The translations under genes were made by a program, and so were the position numbers. This document shows, one piece after another, positions 58,953 through 64,000 of a DNA stretch of 64,000 nucleotides; position 1 is the first letter of the stretch, and each line of letters begins with the position of its first letter. The stretch lies in NCBI GenBank assembly GCA_944393725.1, contig CALYBC010000009.1, positions 210,099 through 274,098 of the forward strand. The letters run 5' to 3'. Under the pieces are notes generated by a model that saw only the letters and a list, made by a program, of their open reading frames with translations, searched no databases and was not told the origin of the DNA. The stretch is from an uncultured Alphaproteobacteria bacterium (GTDB lineage Bacteria > Pseudomonadota > Alphaproteobacteria > RF32 > CAG-239).

Positions 58953-59498
58953 CTATCCTTGTTGAGGGGTTACGGCCCGAATAATCTCGTTTTGATGTGA
59001 CGATACCCAATCTATACCCCAAAGAGCCAGAAAAATACAAACCAATACATAAACATAGGGATACCTTAGCAAAGGACTATGTAAGTCGGCATTTCTATTG
59101 GGCGATGTCGGATAAAAAAACATTAGCAAAACGAGTAATGTATATAGATGAAAAACAATTTTTGATATCGTATCTAAGATACCTATATCATCCAGACCAA
59201 ATGGCTCAAATATCGTGGTAAAAAAGAAGCAAATTGTTGCTAATATTATTATCAATGTGCCTTTGATATTGATGTCGCGACACCTCTTTTGAAATGCTAT
59301 CAACATTATATAGCCATAAATAAAATTTATTATAATGAGTGAAACATCAAATTTTTTCAAAACACTGTCAACAACAGAAGATATTGCCGTAGCAGAAAAA
59401 AATTGTGAACCGTCTATAAACCCTTTGAATGAAAAAAAATATCGCAGAGATAGCTCTTTGGTGCGATTTATTATATGTTGTATGTTTGTGTCTGACAT
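58953..59498 (-). CDS. DUF805-like integral membrane protein (copy B2)
   Basis: FSFKGFIDGSQFF and ...AFQKRCRDINIKG resemble the DUF805 pattern (FSFKGRI...RRLHD.G.SG). It differs from copy B1 at 2 of 181 residues. Confidence 0.6.
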   Translation of the reverse strand: MSDTNIQHIINRTKELSLRYFFSFKGFIDGSQFFSATAISSVVDSVLKKFDVSLIIINFIYGYIMLIAFQKRCRDINIKGTLIIILATICFFFTTIFEPFGLDDIGILDTISKIVFHLYTLLVLLMFFYPTSPNRNADLHSPLLRYPYVYVLVCIFLALWGIDWVSSHQNEIIRAVTPQQG

Positions 59499-59565
59499 TG
59501 ATATTTCCTTTTTTTAGGATTGGGGCAGATATTATTATTTAGATAATACCAACCCCTATCTGCCT
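58953..59565. repeat. B-repeat copy 2 (gene plus ~70-bp leader)
   Basis: Direct repeat of 60472-61082 (offset 1519 bp). Confidence 0.9.
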
Positions 59566-59571
59566 ACTTTA

Positions 59572-59649
59572 TTATTCTATTTTGTAACAGCCGTGTTCTT
59601 TATCCCATTTCCAGCAATCCGCACGGCAACGATGCTCGTTATAATCCCA
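59572..59649. repeat. C-repeat copy 2 (78 bp, 3' end of the gene)
   Basis: 3 mismatches versus 59997-60074. Confidence 0.9.
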
Positions 59650-59970
59650 TACTCCCGAGCCACTGTCAAAGCATCTGTCAATGGCATGTCGTTCAACTAT
59701 AGGCGGATAATAAAAAAACATTAAAAGATAAATAATAAATGATATTGCAAATATTATGTATGACACTTTTCTTATGCTTGCAAAAAATGTAGCAGCAAAA
59801 GAAATTAAACATATTACCATTACAATACCATAAATTATAAAGCTATATTCGGTAATTGAGAATGCTATGAAAAAGTCAACGGCAAAAAAGACTAATAACA
59901 ACAGAAATATTGCTATTTTTAGTGCTGATTTTGTGGCTTTGAATATAATATTTACAATATTTTTATGCAT
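59572..59970 (-). CDS. Small membrane protein with a Cys/Trp-rich C-terminal motif (copy C2)
   Basis: ATG 59970 follows GAAGGT. The protein starts MHKNIVNI, has roughly 3 TM helices, and ends WDYNEHRCRADCWKWDKEHGCYKIE. The track's longer 60054 start overlaps C1 out of frame. Confidence 0.5.
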   Translation of the reverse strand: MHKNIVNIIFKATKSALKIAIFLLLLVFFAVDFFIAFSITEYSFIIYGIVMVICLISFAATFFASIRKVSYIIFAISFIIYLLMFFYYPPIVERHAIDRCFDSGSGVWDYNEHRCRADCWKWDKEHGCYKIE

Positions 59971-59996
59971 ATTAATACCTTCGTGATTGTAAGAAA

Positions 59997-60074
59997 TTAT
60001 TCTATTTTGTAACAGCCGTGTTCTGTATCCCATTTCCAGCAATCCGTCCGGCAACGATGCTCGTTATAATCCCA
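59997..60074. repeat. C-repeat copy 1
   Basis: Partner of 59572-59649. Confidence 0.9.
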
Positions 60075-60410
60075 AACTTTAGAACTATCTATACAATCTG
60101 TATAAGCCATATATTGTTTATATTGCGGAAATATGCCATAGCTTTTCTCAATACATAATAATGATAATATCCAGATTATCATCATAATTTTTTTCTTAAC
60201 AAACAAACTTGACAAACACACCAAGCTTAAAATTACTGACAAACATAACTTAAACTTAAGAATATTTTGCAAACTACTGTCTTTAATTGATGAGATATCA
60301 AACCATAGCCAAAAATTGCCTAATATATAAAGGAAGAATAATATACAAAACATTGCACTTATTCCGATAGAAAAAAACTTGATGGCTTTTTGTAAAATTA
60401 TTTTATGCAT
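59997..60410 (-). CDS. Small membrane protein with a Cys/Trp-rich C-terminal motif (copy C1)
   Basis: ATG 60410 follows AAGGAAG. The protein starts MHKIILQK and ends WDYNEHRCRTDCWKWDTEHGCYKIE. Confidence 0.5.
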   Translation of the reverse strand: MHKIILQKAIKFFSIGISAMFCILFFLYILGNFWLWFDISSIKDSSLQNILKFKLCLSVILSLVCLSSLFVKKKIMMIIWILSLLCIEKSYGIFPQYKQYMAYTDCIDSSKVWDYNEHRCRTDCWKWDTEHGCYKIE

Positions 60411-60471
60411 ACTATCTTCCTTTATATCGTTTTTCATATTTTTTGTGCTGTCTGTTATAATTTTACCAATC

Positions 60472-61017
60472 CTATCCTTGTTGAGGGGTTACGGCCTGAA
60501 TAATCTCGTTTTGATGTGACGATACCCAATCTATACCCCAAAGAGCCAGAAAAATACAAACCAATACATAAACATAGGGATACCTTAGCAAAGGACTATG
60601 TAAATCGGCATTTCTGTTGGGCGATGTCGGATAAAAAAACATTAACAAAACAAGTAATGTATATAAATGGAAAACAATTTTTGATATCGTATCTAAGATA
60701 CCTATATCATCCAGACCAAATGGCTCAAATATTGTGGTAAAAAAGAAGCAAATCGTTGCTAATATTATTATCAATGTACCTTTGATATTGATGTCGCGGC
60801 ACCTCTTTTGAAATGCTATCAGCATTATATAGCCATAAATAAAATTTATTATAATGAGCGAAACATCAAATTTTTTCAAAACACTGTCAACAACAGAAGA
60901 GATTGCCGTAGCCGAAAAAAATTGTGAACCGTCTATAAAGCCTTTGAATGAAAAAAAATATCGCAGAGATAGCTCTTTGGTGCGATTTCTTATATGTTGT
61001 ATGTTTGTGTCTGACAT
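60472..61017 (-). CDS. DUF805-like integral membrane protein (copy B1)
   Basis: See copy B2. Located immediately downstream of the 241-aa family member. Confidence 0.6.
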   Translation of the reverse strand: MSDTNIQHIRNRTKELSLRYFFSFKGFIDGSQFFSATAISSVVDSVLKKFDVSLIIINFIYGYIMLIAFQKRCRDINIKGTLIIILATICFFFTTIFEPFGLDDIGILDTISKIVFHLYTLLVLLMFFYPTSPNRNADLHSPLLRYPYVYVLVCIFLALWGIDWVSSHQNEIIQAVTPQQG

Positions 61018-61082
61018 TGATATTTCCTTTTTTAGGATTGGGGCAGATATTATTTAGATAGTACCCACCCCTATATGCCTAA
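60472..61082. repeat. B-repeat copy 1
   Basis: Partner of 58953-59565. Confidence 0.9.
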
Positions 61083-61092
61083 TATATTATTT

Positions 61093-61818
61093 TCATTTTT
61101 TCAACCAATTTGATAAACCAAATTGATTTAAAAGACCCGAAAAAGCACCTGCTGATTTGGCATCGGCCCAGGCTTTTGCTCCGTATTCTATTACATCATT
61201 AGCTATCTTGTTGGCTCTGCCTAGGCCTGCCGCTTCGGCTTGCCTTTGCATTTGTTGCTTGTTTTTGTTATAATAATCACCCAGATATTTTGAACTTAGT
61301 TTGTCAAAATACCCGTTTGTAGCTCCGTTAACAGCCGTCAACATACCGCTTTCAATTCCTTCACCAAACCCTTGCAATGCTGCTGCGGCTATCTCCCATG
61401 CATGACTTTTGGGTACATAACTTGGCATTGGTTTGCCGGTTACCGTGTAAAAGCTGTTTTGATTATTAGGCTTGTATGCCCTAAGAGAGCTTACAATAGC
61501 TTCATTATCTTTGTCTTCTTGAGATATTGGTTTGTAAAATCCAGTTTGATTGGCAAAAGTATTGGGTTGCAATGTACCAACCATGGTATTATCGGAGTTT
61601 TTTCCAATATTATTGTTTCCAGAGCCTAACTTGGCGGAAAGACGGTTCATCTCGTCTAAATCAAAACGAGTTTGAAGTTCTTCCCTCAAGCTCATGTTGC
61701 CATAATTTATCTTTTCGGGATTTTGATATTTTGCTTGCAGTGATTGCAATTTTCTCTCTTCCCTTCCCCTCTTTAGTTGCTCAAGCCGTTCTTGAAAAGT
61801 TGTGTTGTTGTTTGTCAT
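61093..61818 (-). CDS. Polymorphic-toxin-like protein: same N-terminal module as 58802, unrelated C-terminal domain of unknown function
   Basis: MTNNNTTFQERLEQLKRGREERKLQSLQ... is shared with the 58802 gene. Similarity fades after about residue 105. No signal peptide. Confidence 0.55.
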   Translation of the reverse strand: MTNNNTTFQERLEQLKRGREERKLQSLQAKYQNPEKINYGNMSLREELQTRFDLDEMNRLSAKLGSGNNNIGKNSDNTMVGTLQPNTFANQTGFYKPISQEDKDNEAIVSSLRAYKPNNQNSFYTVTGKPMPSYVPKSHAWEIAAAALQGFGEGIESGMLTAVNGATNGYFDKLSSKYLGDYYNKNKQQMQRQAEAAGLGRANKIANDVIEYGAKAWADAKSAGAFSGLLNQFGLSNWLKK

Positions 61819-61966
61819 TTCTTGATGTTTCCTTCCTTATAAAATATTTCTTTACCGATAGTCCGCAACATTATATAGAACATTTTTTGAACTTTGTAAA
61901 GTCCTACACTCTACTTATCAACAACTTTATTGTGCTTACACCACTACTTGCACTAAAAAGTTGAAC
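61630..61966. repeat. A-repeat copy 1
   Basis: Partner of 58614-58950. Confidence 0.85.
61893..61921 (-). promoter_or_regulatory. Sigma70-like promoter TTGATA-N17-TACAAA
   Basis: Paralogous to the 58877-58905 element at the same 3016-bp offset. Confidence 0.4.
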
Positions 61967-61981
61967 CGCCCTTTATAAATA

Positions 61982-62002
61982 AGCGGGCTATCGCTAGCCC
62001 GC
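61982..62002 (-). terminator. Terminator hairpin downstream of rplS
   Basis: AGCGGGCTA-TCG-CTAGCCCGCT perfect palindrome followed on the minus strand by a T-rich stretch. Confidence 0.6.
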
Positions 62003-62036
62003 TCGGTGTCTAAAAAACATCACAACTTATGCGAAA

Positions 62037-62432
62037 CTACTCGCCTTTGCTCTCGTCTTTGGCTTTGGCTGTAGCTGTCAAATCGTCGGCAATACGAGCC
62101 GAACGACCACGCAATGCACGCAAGAAATACAATTTGGCACGACGAACTTTACCAATACGAGCAACCTCAATCTTGGCTACATTCGGAGAGTATAGAGGAA
62201 ATACTCTTTCTACACCCTCACCAAACGAAATTTTGCGTACGGTGAACGAAGAATTCAAACCATCGTTTTTGCGAGCAATGCAAACGCCTTCGTATACCTG
62301 AATACGTTCTCTGTCGCCTTCTTTTACTTTGGTATGAACTTTAAGAGTATCACCGGGCTTAAAGTCGGGAAGATTTTTACCTTCGAGCAACTTGTCCATC
62401 TGCTCTTTTTCAATGTTTTCAATAATGTTCAT
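62037..62432 (-). CDS. rplS: 50S ribosomal protein L19
   Basis: [11 protein letters not shown]... aligns with the L19 N-terminus. [22 protein letters not shown] and RRAKLYFLR motifs, plus a short acidic/Ala C-terminal extension. Confidence 0.93.
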   Translation of the reverse strand: MNIIENIEKEQMDKLLEGKNLPDFKPGDTLKVHTKVKEGDRERIQVYEGVCIARKNDGLNSSFTVRKISFGEGVERVFPLYSPNVAKIEVARIGKVRRAKLYFLRALRGRSARIADDLTATAKAKDESKGE

Positions 62433-62467
62433 AGTTTTACCCTTTTCCATTACATTTGGTTAGTTTT

Positions 62468-63163
62468 TTACACCTGTTTGTTGCCAGATGCAAGATATTT
62501 TTTCCACAGGTCGGGCCTGCGTTCTTTGGTTATTGCTTCTGATTGTTGATGACGCCATTCCGATATCTTTTTGTGATGACCCGATAATAAAACCTCCGGT
62601 GTCTTGCGTCCTTCCCATTCCGCCGGTTTGGTGTATTGCGGATATTCAAGAAGTCCGGTCTCAAAACTCTCTTCCGAGGTCGATTCATCGTTGCCCAAAA
62701 CTCCGGGCAAAAGTCTTATTATTGCGTCTAACATTAACATTGCGGCTTGTTCGCCACCGGTCAAAATATAGTCTCCGATTGATATGTCCTCGGCACCATA
62801 TGCTTCTAAAACCCGCTCATCTATCCCCTCAAACCGAGAACAAATTATCGTGAGTTCTTCTTCTTTGGCCAGCTCGTGAACTTTGGCCTGCGTTAACGGA
62901 GTTCCGCGGGGCGACATGTTAATCAGCCGGCCGCCTTGGTAGTTGGCTTTTAAGGCTGCTCCCAAAACATCGGCTCGCATTACCATTCCGGCTCCGCCTC
63001 CGGTGGGAGTGTCGTCTACCGACCCATGCTTGTCAAACGCATAATCGCGAATGTTGATTGCGGTGTATGACCATTTGCCTTCGTCTAAGGCCTTGCCGGT
63101 CAGTGATGCTCCCAAAAATCCGGGAAACAGCTCGGGAAATATGGTTAATATCTTAACCTTCAT
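62468..63163 (-). CDS. trmD: tRNA (guanine37-N1)-methyltransferase
   Basis: MKVKILTIFPELFPG start, GGGAGMVM and YILTGGE motifs. It overlaps rimM by 11 nt. Confidence 0.92.
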   Translation of the reverse strand: MKVKILTIFPELFPGFLGASLTGKALDEGKWSYTAINIRDYAFDKHGSVDDTPTGGGAGMVMRADVLGAALKANYQGGRLINMSPRGTPLTQAKVHELAKEEELTIICSRFEGIDERVLEAYGAEDISIGDYILTGGEQAAMLMLDAIIRLLPGVLGNDESTSEESFETGLLEYPQYTKPAEWEGRKTPEVLLSGHHKKISEWRHQQSEAITKERRPDLWKKYLASGNKQV

Positions 63164-63683
63164 TACCCTCACCTTCATCTTCCGCAAATTGCATCATCTC
63201 AACAATAATATAATGTTCTTTGATATTTATGGTCGGAACAAATGTCTTGTTAAAAGGTAACATCTCAAGCGTTTTATCGCTTAATAGCTTTATCTCTATC
63301 AAATCGCCGGCACCGAAATTATACAAAGCATTTACCTCTCCGATAACTTCGCCAGATTTGTTTTTAACCCGGGCGCCGATTAAATCGGTATGATAAAATT
63401 CATCTTCGCCCAAATCCGGCAATAATGATCTTTTAACATATAATCCGGTTCCGATTAAGGTCTCGGCCGTGTTACGGTCGTCAACACCTTTTATCTTGAC
63501 GCGTAAAAGTTCTTTGGAATGCCCGACAATCTTTAATTCGAAAGTTTTGTCGCCGCTTTCGTTGCTCAATAAGCCATAGCTCGTTAGGTGCTTTTCGTCA
63601 TCGGAAAAGCTTTTTACCTTAACTTCGCCCCTGATGCCGTGAACTCCGACAATGGCTCCCAAACAAACTTTATCTTCGCTCAT
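63153..63683 (-). CDS. rimM: 16S rRNA processing protein RimM
   Basis: GAIVGVHGIRGEVKVKSF start and a PRC-barrel C-terminal part; canonical position between rpsP and trmD. Confidence 0.9.
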   Translation of the reverse strand: MSEDKVCLGAIVGVHGIRGEVKVKSFSDDEKHLTSYGLLSNESGDKTFELKIVGHSKELLRVKIKGVDDRNTAETLIGTGLYVKRSLLPDLGEDEFYHTDLIGARVKNKSGEVIGEVNALYNFGAGDLIEIKLLSDKTLEMLPFNKTFVPTINIKEHYIIVEMMQFAEDEGEGNEG

Positions 63684-63712
63684 AAATACAAAAAACCTTT
63701 AATAACCAATAA

Positions 63713-64000
63713 TTATTCGGCAGAAGATTCTTCAGCAGGAGCAGCGGCAGCAGCTTCGGCCTCGGCTTTAGCTTGAGCAGCGGCTTCGGCAGCAGCTCTT
63801 GCTTTTTCTTCTTTTTCTTTAATGCGCTCCAAAGCTTTGGCTTTTGGAGCAGATTTTTTCGGCTGTTCACGCAAAGCAGGAGCTTTTACCAAGCCTAATG
63901 AAGACAACATTTTTGCAAGTCTTTCGGTCGGTTCGGCACCTTGAGACAACCAATATTTTACTCTTTCTTCGTTGATGGTAAATCTGTCGGCATGATCCTT
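63713..64000 (-). CDS. rpsP: 30S ribosomal protein S16 (5' end outside the window)
   Basis: The frame is open to the right edge (...DHADRFTINEERVKYWLSQGAEPTER...) and has a long Ala/Glu/Lys-rich C-terminal tail. Confidence 0.9.
   Translation of the reverse strand, partial: KDHADRFTINEERVKYWLSQGAEPTERLAKMLSSLGLVKAPALREQPKKSAPKAKALERIKEKEEKARAAAEAAAQAKAEAEAAAAAPAEESSAE

Noticed and set aside
63713-63800. GCA/GCT-rich repetitive DNA at the 3' end of rpsP
   Set aside because: It encodes the Ala/Glu/Lys-rich low-complexity tail of S16, in frame with the ribosomal protein. It is not a tandem-repeat element or a regulatory array.

Overview
AT-rich, gene-dense chromosomal segment of a Gram-negative bacterium. 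Synteny (lon-hupB-tRNA-Val; DUF374-waaA-lpxK; divergent mfd/recG; rpsP-rimM-trmD-rplS; Ala-rich S16 tail) suggests an alphaproteobacterium, possibly an AT-rich endosymbiont-like lineage. That placement is inference only. Left to right: a CDP-alcohol phosphatidyltransferase, dsbD and a large GH24 lysozyme-domain protein. Next, one co-directional 10.4-kb lipid-synthesis cluster (fabZ-accA-accD-NMO/FabK-like-fabI-accB-accC-fabH-fabF-fabD-fabG, no acpP), then a GltD-like oxidoreductase and an OmpA-type lipoprotein. Next, a 2.6-kb block of four orphan genes, then mfd and recG. Next, a glycosyltransferase block ending in ugd, then tRNA-Val, hupB and lon. Next, an orphan FliN-like gene, DUF374-waaA-lpxK and an aldo/keto reductase. 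Next, a YdjC-deacetylase/ArnC-like/ArnT-like trio, a porin-like OMP and dut. Next, a gmd-rmd (GDP-D-rhamnose) glycan block, tRNA-Thr, a murD-like ligase, an MscK-like channel and a catalytically degenerate Asd homologue. Finally, a 480-aa orphan, hisS, a 4.3-kb duplicated island, then rplS-trmD-rimM-rpsP (rpsP truncated by the window edge). I saw no transposase, integrase, CRISPR array or rRNA. Three observations stand out. (1) The island between hisS and rplS looks like a polymorphic toxin/immunity locus with nested same-strand repeats. It includes a Tlde1/DUF2778-like peptidoglycan-toxin domain behind an in-frame TAG, which has no start codon and is therefore missing from the ORF track. (2) Both tRNA loci are followed by a duplicated tRNA 3' end plus terminator. 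At tRNA-Val these repeats bracket a GC-rich, structured, CCA-ending RNA-like segment that I could not assign to a known family. (3) Several envelope-remodelling modules are present: lipid A hexosamine-type modification, a D-rhamnose pathway and many glycosyltransferases. All protein-family calls come from reading motifs by eye; no searches were run.
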